From the NCBI GenBank assembly GCA_030390025.1, contig CM059432.1:91266001-91330000 (forward strand): a stretch of DNA of 64,000 nt, in the 5' to 3' direction. The notes beneath the pieces are model-generated. The model searched no databases. It worked only from the letters and a program-made list of their open reading frames with translations, and had not been told where the DNA came from. Of the stretch, positions 25,362 through 38,829 are shown piece by piece. Origin of the DNA: Squalus acanthias (lineage: Eukaryota). The translations under genes and the position numbers were made by a program. How positions within the stretch are numbered: the stretch's first letter is position 1; the number at the start of each line of letters is the position of its first letter.

Positions 25362-27302
25362 CACCACTCACAAGTGAGGAAGAACATTTCTCTGCTGTAT
25401 AGGCAAAGGATTGGTGCTCTTCTAGGCCTGTCTTCAGACTGAAGTTAAAGCAGTTGTAACAAATGGCTTCATTACATCTTTTGAGTCTGCAGTGGCTGAC
25501 AGACAATGTTCAGCAGTGTACTTCCAACATCACTGCAATCATACATTAGGAATTTATTTAAATTCAGATTTTCATGGCCATCCACAAGGAATAGAGGTAA
25601 GGCCCAGTTTCTCTCACCAATGTTGTATCTGCTGTAACTGACACCTTGGAGACTTATAAAAGTCTGTTACTGTTGGATTTGACAGATTGGAGCATCGGGT
25701 GGAATCAGCCATGATGGCAAGTTTCACCTGTATTGAAGAGACTCTATAGACTGCTCTCATTAATTTTTTCTGGTCATCTAGCAGTGGGGTGGGGAAGAAA
25801 CACATGGGGGCATGACAGGAGACAAGGCAGATCACACTCTACCCAGCCTCTTCAAAGAATTGATATAAGAGCCTTCTGTGAATTGGAGCCTAAAGTGTCA
25901 AAAGTGGTACAGTATTGCAAGAAAAGCTGCATCTGGCCTCTGTCTTTGGGAGTTCTCCTGAAGGACCCCGTGCAGTTGTGACTATGATGCTGGTAGGTTT
26001 CCCAAAGCTACACGGATGCTGAAACAGCACTGCTGCATGTCCCCTGCCATCCCATGTGGGGAGCTTTGAAGATTGTCAAAGGACTATGTGAAGAGCTTCT
26101 GCTGATTAATGAGTGCTGCTTGGTATGACGCCCCTGTAAGGTATGAATCCAAAGGGCCCACAGCATCTGTTTATTTGGTCCTAATGTTCCCTTCCTCCTG
26201 ATACCAGTTGCATTGGCTCCTCCTCACTGGTGCTTGTGCTTCACCCTGTGCTCCCTCCTGATTCCTGTATCTAGTTCCCCTAAAGTAGATGTTTCTGGGG
26301 TGGTGCCTACAGGTGCTGATATGATGGGGCTGTTTCTTCCTCCTCTCTTGGCAGAGCCCTACATAAAGAAAAGGGAACATGTTAACAGAGATTATGCAAT
26401 TAATGGCAGCGATCACAGTAGCAAGGCCTAAAGAATTCCTTGCAGCAGAGTGGCAGTGGTGGCACTTAGTCACTGAATGTGTGTAAAATGTTAGCACGAA
26501 GAGGAAGTTGGAGCGAGGCCTTACTTCGTTGGACTGGCACAAAGCAAATACATTTTCCCTTGCCCACTCCCCAATGGCCTCCACACCAGTTGTAAGTTAA
26601 TCTGTGGTTCTTCACTTTTATCTGAGGAAATTCATGGTGCCTCTGTCATTTGAGTCTGATGAAAATAAAATCAAGATTGACTGCTCAGTGATCAGGGTAT
26701 CTCTGTAGAGCTATCACGCAGGACACTTTTCAGACAGCTGCAAACATCAGTGGAGTACAGGTACAATGAAATACATGAAACTATGAGCATTACAATAAAT
26801 CACACAATAGACGTGTTTGAGAAGTACTTCAGATGCCTTGGCGAGTCAGGGGCACATGCCAATAAAGTCCAGGGAGAGTGTCATTTGAGTGAAATTGCGG
26901 GAGGGTTCTAAGAGACAAAACCTTCATCCACAGCAACTCACACCATGCCCTGTTGCTGGACGCTGCCTCACCATGTTGACTGATCAGCCTGACTTGATGG
27001 CACCAATGAGATTTGTGAAGCCCTGACTTTCTAAAGGTTTTCACGATGCAATCCCTAAGCTTATGGAAACTGAAGGAGAGAGCTGCTTCATATTGGAACC
27101 CAAAGCCCATGTATTCACGAGAGATACTGCAACTGCCCTGCAAACTTCTGCCAGTGGGAGTTCTGCTGCAGATATCTGTAGACTTACCACAGACTCCATA
27201 GTGGACTGCAGTGCTGTACAGACTGGGCCACTTGGGCCTGGCACTGCTTCCTGTAGCAGACCTAGAGAACAAAAGTAATTTACAATAAAAGACAGAAGAA
27301 AG

Positions 27303-27755
27303 AAAGCACTTGCATTTATATAAAACCTTTCATGACCTCAGGACATCCCAAAGTGCTCCACAGCCAAGTACTTTTTGAGGTGTAGTCAGTGTTGCAATGT
27401 AGGAAACATAGCAGCCAATTTGCACAAAGCGAGGTCTCACAAACAGCAATGGGATAATTGCCAGATAATCTTTTTTAGGGCTTTTGGTTGATGAATAAAT
27501 ATTGGCCAGGACACTGGTGAGAACTCCCCAACTCTCTTTGAATAGTACCATGGCATCTTTTGCGTCCACCTGAAAGGGCAGAAGGGACCTTGATTTTAAC
27601 GTCTCATCCAAAAGACGGCCACTCTGACAAAGCAGACTCACAGAGTACTGCACTGGAGTTGTCAGCCTAGATTATGTGCTCAAGTCTCTGGAGTGGGACT
27701 TGAACCCACAATCTTCTGACTCAGAGATGTGAGTGCTACCACTGAGCCATGGCTA
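27303..27755 (-). mobile_element. tRNA-derived Deu-domain-type SINE (SacSINE1-like) with L2-type tail
   Basis: Minus-strand A box TGGCTCAGTGG and B box GGGTTCAAGTCC. 3' end ...tatataaatgcaagt is shared with the L2 tail. Second copy at 51672-52098. Confidence 0.8.
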
Positions 27756-29114
27756 ACATCAATGTGGCGATCATGACAACCTTTCAAATATAAGTTATAA
27801 CAGAAATAGTCAGATTGTTTCTGAGGCCTGTAGCAGTGATATTCCTCCTCCCCAGAGGCAGGCTCCCTGGTGTAGTAGGAAATCCTGCCGGAAGACCATC
27901 CACCAGTAGTTAAATTAGCTGACTCAGGAATATCCTTCTGGCTCGACGTTGGGAGCCAAGGACAGGCCTCGTCACTTTCTCAGTGGGATTACCGCCATGG
28001 AGGACAATCGAGGTCGAGAAGATTAAGTTGTCAGAAGGACATACAGTAGCAGTCAAATGTTATGGTGCAACCTATTGCAGGTATGATTAAATGCAAATAC
28101 ATAATGTGCATATATTGCCATAACAGGATTTTTGGGGGATGAATCCCTTTAAGAATGTGAGTGAAGGAAGAGTTAAGTTGCTGGTGCAAAGTATGTCCTG
28201 CATGGCCATGCATGGTAAGTATTCCAAGAACTGTAGGAAACACTTTGTCCTATTCGTAGATTGGACAGCTACATCATATTAATTACTGGTGGTTTGTCCC
28301 ACCTTGGTTGGCCTGATGAGAGCACTAAATTTCTTCCTGACTTGCAGCCAACTTGTTTGTGTGTTGCATTCTGCAATTATGTGCATTGCCATCTCTTGCA
28401 AAGCATTCTGTGCTAGTCTGTGGTGTGGACATTATCCTAGGGTTGCAAAGAGAGTGATCCTCTTCTGCTTCACTTACTTCAACTAAACCTCCATTGGAAA
28501 TTATGGTGCACATCAGGTACAAAAGAAACCTTGAAGTAATTTTTGTCGCTGCCTACATAAAAATGTTGTAGCTTCCCATTAAGATGGTTCTACAGACTTT
28601 AAATCCCCACAACCCAGTACGTTCCCAGTGACATTGTGTATGCCAGGAGCTCATTGGGAAAGTTCTAATGAGAATGACCCAGAAGTACCAGGGGGTGGAA
28701 CCAACACAGGGGTTGCTGTGCTCATCTCCCGTCTGGTCTGCACTTAGAGCAGAAAATTCTTGCTAATGTCTTAAGACGATGAAGGGAGAAAATTGATGAG
28801 AAAAAGAAAAAATAACTACAAATAGTAAAAATGGTAAAAGTTATTTGAGAGATAGAGCTCATACAATGTCATGTCCATGTTCATTGCTGTGATAATAACA
28901 AATGTTTTAAAATCAGATTTTACTATTTAAGTGTCAGCTGCATGTTGAACTAGGTCTTATCTTTACAGTATGTTAAACAAAATTAATAAGCATGCTCAGT
29001 GGTCAACCTGAACAATAGAATCTTGGTAAATTCTCACAGCTACATTAGATAAGTGTAGGCTTTCAATAGGGGGCCCTTCCTGATTGGTTGAGAATGTGTG
29101 TAAATTGACTCAAT

Positions 29115-29260
29115 GGGGTAGAAATACGTCTTGGGCGGTAGCAGAAAGTTGGAGGAATTGCATGGACTGCCTGTTATATGGCCCGCCTGATATTCAGTTC
29201 CATTGAGGTCAATGTGGTGTTGCCCATCTTACATTACCATCCAAGATAAATTTCTAACCC
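29115..29260. mobile_element. 146-bp MITE
   Basis: TIRs GGGGTAGAAAT / ATTTCTAACCC, extending imperfectly inward. Flanks caat / attg. Confidence 0.7.
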
Positions 29261-31231
29261 ATTGTCTTTCCTACTTACCACCTTGCTCTCAAGTTCAGAG
29301 CACTTGGAGAATTTGTTTATATTTTTGAGCATAAGGGCCTTCATCCAGATAGACTAACTGAAATCACTGTGATCAGTACATTGTAAGATTAGATAGCAAC
29401 GTTTAGTGATGACGGCAAGGAAATCAGGAATACTAGATTTAAGATGGAAGTAAAAACATAGGTTCTGCAACATTGCTCAAGATTTACCAATGTTTACAGG
29501 GTGGAATACATTAGTGGTGTCTATAGTTGTCATGACCTGTTTGAAATATTTTATTATATGAATCCTGCATAAGTAGAGATAAGATAAGTTTCCTGAAATG
29601 TTAATGAAATAAACAATGTTCAATCTGGCTGAAAGACTGGTACATTGGCTTAATGTAGGTCTGTGGCCTTCTAGTTTTCTTTGGTTATTTGTCCTCAGCT
29701 TTATAGTCGGATTCCAGAGCTGCTGATGGACTCCGAATGACTCCAAATTGAAACTAAAGAAAAGTGTAGCAAAATAAAAAACAACTCAGTGGAGACTGAC
29801 AGAATTCTGTGCCTTCAGGTGACTACAATGGAAAGACCTCATGCTCTGACTCAGGAGTCTTCAGCACCAGTTATATATTTTCCACAAATTCAGTGAAGCC
29901 AGCAATCCAGTGATGCAGGAAATAAGAGTGGGATTCAAGTGATAACATAACTACAACACTTAAAAAAAAAACATTGCTTCATGAAGAGAAACATGTTTGA
30001 GCAATAACAAGAAAAATCAATGTAAGGGTAAGGTAACATGCTCATATATACTGTTATTGATATATTTTCACACCCAGGTGCCTTATTGGATATTGGGTTC
30101 ACCTGATGATTGAACAGTGCTTTGTATTTATAATCCATGATGATAAAATGAGGTGGTTGTGGAGAAGTAATGTCCAGAATTGAATACGTGGCCACCTTAA
30201 ATGGTGTACACAATACTTTTCCAGAAAGTAAATGGATAATCATTTTGTACATTGCAAATGAAAGATTTGTATGTGTTCCAGTTTAAATATCATTCTCTGC
30301 ATTGTTTTTGAATTACAGCTGATATCACCTTTTTCAGATGTTTTAAAAATGATTTTAGCTTGCAATAATATTCAGTAGTACAGTATTCCATTAACATGTT
30401 AAATTCTACTTCATGGTATATGTACTACGAAGGAAATACTACATATTGTGTAATGCAGGTGAAGTCTAAAGGACAGTGGAAAAATTGAAACTAAGCTGCC
30501 CCAATGATTTCTTTTCCCCGTACTAAATGAATTTTCATTGGTCTTGAATCCCTCTGCGTCTCAGCTGCTAGAAAGGTTAAAGAGCACATTACTTTTTTAA
30601 TTGCTTAGGTGTCTGTATTGTCAGTTGAATGAGCTTTGGTTCTTGCACTCTTGCTGGCTGGAAGGAGCTCAAATAACAGGCATCTTTGAATCACGCACAT
30701 TTTTAAGAAAAGTACTTAAATTATAAAATGATGTTCTATTTATATTAACTCATTAAAATTTACATTGAATTAAAATAATTTCTGTCATTAATTGCAGATA
30801 TGAAAATAGACTTTTGGTTTTTTTAATTTATGAAGAAAAATAACAATCACCTGCAGAAGATATACATCTTGGGAAAAATTTACATATTTTATGTGTAACA
30901 TTAAACATATTTATTACAATATTTGGTCAGTTTTCAAGAAAGAATGAATTCTGCCCTGTACATCAAATGTTCTGCCACTATTTGAATGCTGATTTCAATG
31001 GTGAGTTTATTAATGCTTGTCATGTCCAAACAAGGAAATGAAAGTTCAGAAGGAGGCAAACCAAAATGTTCGTGACAAAGATTTGCTGCTAAATTTGATG
31101 AAAATATAGGCATATTTGTCAATAATTATCAGCAACTCTTATGGAATAACTGATGATTTTTGACATTCTTGCTGTCAATCATATGATTTCGATAGGGTGG
31201 AGGGGAAAATCATCAACATGAGCATGTACCA

Positions 31232-31604
31232 GTGTGTGGGCTTGACAGGGTAGATGCAGGGAGGATGTTTCCCCTGGCTGGGGAGTCTAGACTGAGTCAC
31301 AGTCTCAGGATAAGGGGTCAGCCTTTTAGGACTGAGATGAAGAGAAATTTCTTCACTCAGAGGGTGGTGAATCTTTGGAATTCTCTACCCCAGAGGGCAG
31401 TGGAGGCTCAGTCATTGAGTATATTCAAGACAGAGATCGATAGATTTTTGGATATTAAGGGAATCTAGGGATATGGGGATTGGGCAGGAAAGTGGAGTTG
31501 AGGTCGAAGATCAGCCATGATCATATTGAATGGCGGAGCAGGCTCGAGGGGCCGAATGGCCTACTCCTGCTCCTATTTCTTATGTTCTTTCTTATGTTCT
31601 TATG
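31232..31604 (+). mobile_element. CR1-type LINE 3' end
   Basis: ORF GLDRVDAGRMFPLAGESR...FFTQRVVNLWNSLPQ, followed by a 3' UTR and a (TTCTTATG)n tail. Confidence 0.92.
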
Positions 31605-34600
31605 TGCTATTTGAACTGTCAGCTGGGGGGAAAGGGGCAGAAGATATGACATAAGCCAGTGGTTAATGTGGGAATGAGCGATGAGGATGCAGAGCAATAT
31701 ACTAGTTTAGCTCTACTAGGATCTTTTGTACTTTTCAGGTTTGTTCATCTTTTGATTACAAGTTTAGATTTTAGACAGGTTGACTTAATAATGAAGTAAA
31801 CATCAAGGAGGCCCTCGAAGATAGGCTTCATTGAGAAATGAATGGATAAACAGAAAGGAAAATCAAAATGAAATTACATTAGCAATTCTATATTGCATTA
31901 CTGAGGGTAATGTATCAAGGTCAATATATTGCAATTGTGAACATTCCTGTACTGGTTATTGGTCCTGTAAAGAAAGATATAAACCAAACAGCAAACACTA
32001 CACTACAATTACAGTCATTATTCTTCCCTTCCTAATTTTAGTATCTGCCCAGCCAGATGGAATGTGCAGACATTAAGAAACATTAGAAAAAGCCCACTGT
32101 ACCATTGTCATTTATTCTACTTAGCCCAAAGCACTTCTTATCAAAAAAAGACAGATATTTCCTTTCACAGTACAATAGCCCAACCAAGTGGTGACAAACC
32201 ATATTGCAAGTCAATGTCAAACAGCAAAACAGGTTGGTAGAGCATGAAAAAAAGGTTTGCATATACCGGACTCCAATAGATGCCTTCCTAAATGAACTCC
32301 AATATAGAGAATAACAGATCTCTGCGATTGTGCTAAATACAGCATTACACAGTTAGTCGATGTATTACAAGGTAGGAACACACTGAGCGTTTGACATCAT
32401 CAACCATGAAAGTGAAGCTCAAACGTTTATTATTATCACCTCAACCCTGAGACATATTATTACCTTGACAGGGTGTCATGATGGGCAGTGATAGACGGGA
32501 GGCTGCGGCAATCAAATTACATGATTTAACAAGTGATGGTACTATACCATTTATTTAACAGGTAACAATAGTAGACTAGCACAGATATCAAGATTTCTTT
32601 CAGTGACTTACGTAGGAGAATATAGCATGTACACATTATAAAGCTGCAACACATTTCCAGTGTTCCAAGAACATTATAATCCCCAAAAGTAAAGCTTGAA
32701 TGGATTTATACATTATTCAAACCCAAGAGCCTGCATTTTATCTTTCAACACACTTACAACTGTCTTTTATTTATTTTCATACACACAGTTTTTGCTGTTG
32801 CAGTTTGTATCTTTCATTATATCAGGGATTTTTCTTTCCTGTTGTTGTAGTGACTGTCAATTTTGTCATGTAGCTTCACATATGTGACAGAAAGGGCAGG
32901 GAATTAACAAGATTAATAACTAAACCAGGATTTTATTGCTGTCTGCTGGCAAGGTGAGGGATTTGTTGAAAAATTAATTTTAAAAACATCAAACACTATT
33001 TTTTTGGGTGGAGATGAGATTTTCTCTAAGGATATCAATGTAAGGGAACAGAATATTGTTCGATTTTTGACATTTAGCATCAGCCGCAAACATATTCATT
33101 GGCTTTGGGACATCCTGCGAATGTGAAAGGCAGTATATAAATGCAAGGGGGGTAATGATGGCTGACAGTTCGCCATCATTACCCACCACAAAATCCGGGC
33201 CATCGTAATTTATATGTTAGTGCTCCATTTTCATAATTTTTATATATGGTATAAATAAAATATATTTTATTGGAGAACACAGATCTGTTTAAGTTCTGTC
33301 TTGGTGACTCATTCAATATAAGCCTATATTTTCCAGTCACCGTGTAGAAAAGGAAGGAGTAGAGCACAGTGACACTTGCACAAATCATGCAGGGCAGACC
33401 CTACCAGATCTTGAGATCAGTAAGATCTGGCAATAGGCACAGAAGAAGCTGCCAAGGTAAGACTATGTAACAGCACCACTTAACATGAAGTTGCCACAAA
33501 GTTGCTTTTTACATTTATGGTTGGCTATGGTAAGCCCTCACATGACTTTACAGCTCTTTCATTTTTTATCATGTATATCTGTGCTCCAGCAGGGCATACA
33601 TTCAAGCTGTAATTTACAAATCTTCAAAGTGTTTTGCACATAAAATCATTATAACACAACCTAGCTATATAATGCATTGTCACTTATTGACACACAAGAT
33701 GGGCTACAGGTTAGGCACATGTCTGTCACTGTTTATGTGCCCTTTCAACTTACAATATCTCAAGATCTATGCTTATATGACAAGTTGACACAAAATACAA
33801 GGGAACAGACCTGAACTGGAGGAAACCTCAGAAATTACAAGCTCTTCACTATCTCCAATAGGCCATCCTGCAGATCCTTTATTATAAGAGCATAGGGGGA
33901 CTAGAGAAAGGTGAAGTCACAAGGCTCCCACATACTCAGACTACTGTTCTAATGTCTTCTCTCTCTTCTCACTGATTACCACACAGCCACACAAATATCA
34001 TACTCACTGGCAGGCAAATTCTATTTTAACATGTGCCCCGGAGCCAACATTGCTCCTTTTCTGGCATTGTAGGTTTGGAAGAGCAACCTGCTGGTGCTGT
34101 CAATGACTTAGAATCCTGCATATCCCTCACCAACGTCAGCAAGCACCAGCACTGGCAGACATTGGAGAAAGCAGTTAGTGAGCTTGAAGAAGTAGCACCA
34201 AATGAGTCACAGTACACAGCTGAGGAGGAGCAGAAACCAGATGCCAGGATATCTACAACCAGTGACCCCTTGTATATTGTGAAATGGAGCAATGTGGTGA
34301 CATTGAGCAGCTGTATCCTGTTTCTGGTGCTATTCAGTGGAAAAGAGCTGTCTTCCTGGAGGTGGGAGATAAGCAGGGTGTCTTTGGAGTCAAGGTGGTT
34401 CCAAGATGAAAAGTCTGCTGCTGGAAGTTTAAAACCAAGTCAAACTTCTATTCTAGGCTTGATGATCTGATATCTGAACCAGACAGGCCTGCAGCAGTCC
34501 AGGGCACATGTTAGTAATTGACCAACCAGCCTGGCTCACTAATAGAATCTGGATGGTTAGACCCATCATTTAGGGCCTGGATTCTTTCCATTCAGCTACA

Positions 34601-35256
34601 AATAACTGTGCAAACCAATGCTCTAATGTGTAAAGTGGTTCTAGCTGGATAAGCAGTGGAAAATTACCATTGCTCAATGCTGGTAGACTGTGTGCTCTTA
34701 GCTAGTTAAACTCTGGCAGTACTCCTGTGCACATTTGAGGGTCCCTAAGCCTTAGGTCGTCTAATCTGCACCTAAGCTCCCTGAATGTAAGTAAGTGGGG
34801 TGTGCTCCTCCATGCAGTTCCATATTGGGCAAACAGAAACTCTACGGTGGCAGTTATATGAATGCGTGCACCTGGCATAAAACCTCACTCACCGCCAGCG
34901 CAGAGCGGGAAATAATGGGTATGCTGCCCATGATTTTACATCCATTCATTTTAATGGATGTAAAATCATGTGAACTCCACTGCTTTTATTTCATATTTGA
35001 CCATGTGAGAACTAGAATGTTTAGTTAAAAAAGGATAATGTTTATAACCATCCCCTGCATGGCACAACAGCTCCCTGGTCTCAAAACTCAGAGAGGGTGC
35101 ACAACCAAATGTGATCATAATGACATTCCTGAACTTCCCAGCAAAAATCTATTGGCTGGTCTTGCATCTCTGTTTTGTGAATCTCTTGCCAAATTTATTA
35201 TGTCAGTGTCAGGAATTTGACCATGTACAGGAACCCATTAAGGGTTTAAATATTAG

Positions 35257-36120
35257 GGCCTAGAAATTGGGGAACGTTGGAAATCTGCCGGTAACATTGG
35301 CGGCCAAAGATAACGGCCACCGGCCGAGAGAGCACAGGCTGTACTGGCATTTTGGTACTGCCTGCTTATTATCATCAGTGTGGCGGTGATTTGCTCCTGC
35401 AACGCGCTCTTTGCAGTGCTAATCTCAGAAGGAGGCCAAAGGTCACCTCAGTCTCCCGCTCAGAGTGTAGGGGAGCGGGGAAGAAAGGAGCGACCCAAAC
35501 AGTTGCCGTATGTGCTCCAAAAAAATTAGCTGCCACCCGATGTTTATTGATTTATTTGTTTGTTTATGACATGAATGCAGATAAAAGAGGTTTTATCACA
35601 GATCATCTTCAATCGTTGCAATGGAGTTCACCCATTGATTTACTGACACACAAACACTGTAGGCCTCCAGAAAAGGTGCCAAAAAATGCACCCCCCCCAC
35701 CCCCCACCCGCCACTGATGGGCAAAAAATGAAGTTTAAAAGAAGAACCTTGGCAAAGGAGGTGTTTTGAAGTTCCAGCGTCTATCCTCATAAGTCCTGCC
35801 GGACTCCTCATGGCCATTAACGCTGCTGAAAGACCTTTTAGTGGCAGCAAATACTGGTATGATTTAGCGTGGGCAGCAATGTGAGCAGAGAACTCCAAAA
35901 TGGATGAGCTTGGTGTCAACTCGCCGTTGCACACCGATTGACGTCACGCTCCACCTCATTAAAATACTTTCGCCAATAGCAGGTAACAGCAGTGCTGCCG
36001 ACCTGCCCAAAATAACGGCCGCTGCGGTAGCTGCCACCAGCTGGGAGAAGAGCGCTGCTGCCGTTTATTTGCCATTTCATGGCGCTAACGAGTGTCACAA
36101 ACCACCCGAATTTCTAGGCC
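35257..36120. mobile_element. Non-autonomous Harbinger-like element H
   Basis: Perfect 12-bp TIR GGCCTAGAAATT / AATTTCTAGGCC. Flanks tag/taa. TGACGTCA at 35939. Confidence 0.8.
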
Positions 36121-37955
36121 TAAATATCCAGTTTATGCAGATTTAAATGGAAGGAGCAAACACTCTACAGATTCTCAGACCACTGTGAATTCCCTATGCA
36201 AGACAGGTACATTCCTAAACTCCCCTCAAACTAAACACACCATTGGGCCCAGGTTGATCTTCATGTTGATCCTGAAAATATGACTATGGGTATTGTAAGT
36301 TTTTCCTTAATTAGTTGAGTGGGGTGTTTGTATTTGGGTATGGGTTACTCCTTATTATTAACTTGATATGTAACAGTTTGGATTTGAATCCATACGCAGG
36401 GAAGAAAGTTTTACACCTCTCTTATTGCTTCAGATACCCTCTTCCCTCCATATTCAAAAGGAGCCTTCTTTCTCAGACAATGCCCTGTGAATGGAACAGG
36501 CCAAAGAAAGAGCTGGGAATCCTACACATTGTGCAGGCCCAATAGTGATCCTTCCTAAAAGAGAATGGAGGACCACAACTGTCAATGACTCCTCAGAGTC
36601 AGGGCTGATAGCAGGCGGGAGGGGATGTTGAGAGCTTTCCAAAAATACCTTCATGAGGCGCTGCTCATGAGGGGAGGGAAGGGTCTGTTTTGGAGTGCCA
36701 GTTGGTCTCTGCCTTGCAAAATCAAGTAGTGTTGCACTTGTGATGCAGGGGTAACTCATTCTCCTCACTTTCACAAGTAGTTAATGAAGATTTCCAGGCA
36801 ATTTGCTCAGCCCTCTGTAGGAAAATTGCAAGAAATATTTTACTATAGTGTTAACACCTTCATGTCATATTGTTACCAAAAGTCTAAGTGACATTTGAAC
36901 TCTACTTGAATCCTAGATAGCAGTAATGAGTAAACAAGTACAAACCAGATATGGGAAGGGGGAGGAGCATCTCTTTCCTGCTCTCACGGTGAAACAATAT
37001 CAGGCATTTAAATTCTTCAGGCATTTTTTATCAGCAGCATAAAGCAACTTTGCTAGCTTTTTAATTCAGTATACATGTAGTGAATGTTATGGTGGTAAAG
37101 TGAAATGAATAGTATATTTAAGAATATATTGTACAGCTTTAATTGGATATGGTTACCTTAATGAAGAGTTGTCACTGGTCAGACTTTGTGAAGTAATGCT
37201 GCACTTGTGACCATTTAAAGTATTAGTGCAGCATGCATTAAAAGTTAAAGGATGTAAAAATAAAACAAGTGAAAGGAAACATGAAGAAAAATGGAAAGAG
37301 AACACAAGTAGATAGATAAGCATGAACTGCTAAGAAGGGAAGATTTGATAAGTAAAGAAGAGACGTAATGGAAAATGCAAACAATTTGCTGCAGATGCAA
37401 TTCTGAGGCTGGGATCAGTGGGCAGACTGACTGTCACCACTATAGACAGACCCTACTGCTTCTATGCATCTGTTTATCTGTCATCTGATCAAAAAGGTCA
37501 TATATATTTCTATTAATGTCATCCAATTTATAGAATTAATGCTGAAAGCAGACAATTTTTTCCTTGCTATATAGACTACAAACTTGCTGCAGACTACACT
37601 TGCAGGGCAAGTATTGATTACAAATACCAATTGAGGTTCCATTGTCAAAATGGAAATAAAGTTTTGCAGTAATGCTACAATAATTTGATCACAGCTAATA
37701 CTGTGCTACTGGAGACTGAGTTTTATTATTGTCTGTGATTATTATGTTGACAATTATATTATCTGCATGCATAGATGCAGTTAAATAAAGTAATGGTTAG
37801 TACACTGAAGTGAGCCTTGTGCATGTTTTGATGTCTCTGGTGAGCTCAGAGTTAGTTGGTATTCCATTGCTGCACTCAACTCATGTTGATCGGCTTCCTA
37901 TAGCTCTGTCTTTTATTTAAATTAGGTTATGTAGGATGACTCCATTGCTGAAATT

Positions 37956-38652
37956 AGGGGGAATTTTAACATAGGTGAGCAGGTGGGAGTGGGTGCGGGT
38001 GGGGGGTTAAATGAGCCGAATTCCGGGTTTTACCCGAGGCTGGACAAGGGGCGGGCAACCAAACCACTCCCAGGAGGCGTGTTGGCATTTCTAATATGTT
38101 AATGAGGCTGGAAGCCTCAGATTTAACCTGCTTTTCAGGTTTACTGTGGCTGCCGGGTTTCTCGGGCCTCAGAAAATCCGGTAGCTGCAGCAAGGTGAGG
38201 ACAGCCTCAGGGAGCACTCTTTGTAGGCCAGGAAGAGCAGGAGTACTTCCTTCCGGCCCCCCAAGCTCCCCCACCATCAGCCCCCCCCCCATACAAACCG
38301 TCCCCCGTCCCCCACAACCCAGGATCACACCCCCCCACCCCAGGGTCGGAGATTGGACCCCCGCGGGATTGGACTCCCCTGGGTCGGGGATCGGGCACCC
38401 CTTCAGGTAGGAGCCCCCTGTCCCCCCTCCCCCCTCCCCGGGGTCAAGGATCGGACCTACCTGGCTCCCCGCCCGACTGGAACCCAGGCCTGTCAATCAG
38501 GCTGACTTCTGGTGGGGAACCTGTCACAGCCAAAAGTCACATGCTATGGTTAAAACTCCACAGCCTGCGGGGAAACTCAGAATTCTGGGTTTTGCATCCA
38601 AAACTCTGCCCCTCCTCCACCTATAAAACCCACCCCAGTGAATATCCAGCCC
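37956..38652. mobile_element. GC-rich decayed MITE-like element
   Basis: GC-rich island in an AT-rich context, with degenerate ends agggggaattttaac / gtgaatatccagccc. Confidence 0.5.
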
Positions 38653-38829
38653 AAGGAGTCTAAATAAAACCCTAAATATGAAAATAAAGCCTACGTAATT
38701 TGTCCTACTTCTCTAATAATTAGAATCCCCAATTCCATGTCATAAAATTTGGAATCTTCACAAAAGCGACCTCTCTCACCCCTGGATGTGACTAATAGAG
38801 CCCTTTTTAGTGCTGCATTTTATCATATT

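Larger units (their letters stand above)
17817..34470 (+). pseudogene. Tentative spliced, degenerate host gene (seven exon-like segments, possibly HSF-family C-terminal half)
   Basis: Candidate exons 17817-17884, 20533-20663, 21336-21426, 27037-27274, 29707-29818, 30931-31000 and 34073-34470. All start at AG and the six internal ones end at GT. Phases chain as 2/1/0/1/2/0/1. Three in-frame TGA. Only weak by-eye resemblance to the HSF HR-C region. Confidence 0.3.

Noticed and set aside
25600..28800. Possible very old Tx1/L1-like remnant
   Set aside because: Only faint hints (e.g. MHIIAEC on minus near 28380); cannot be supported without a search.
17824..29740. Selenoprotein interpretation of the three in-frame TGAs
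   Set aside because: No recognisable selenoprotein motif or SECIS by eye. TGA is a common nonsense outcome of decay, and the exon chain is itself tentative.
37966..38496. 176-aa Gly/Pro-rich ORF
   Set aside because: It lies in a GC-rich repeat; low stop frequency explains its length and no domain is evident.
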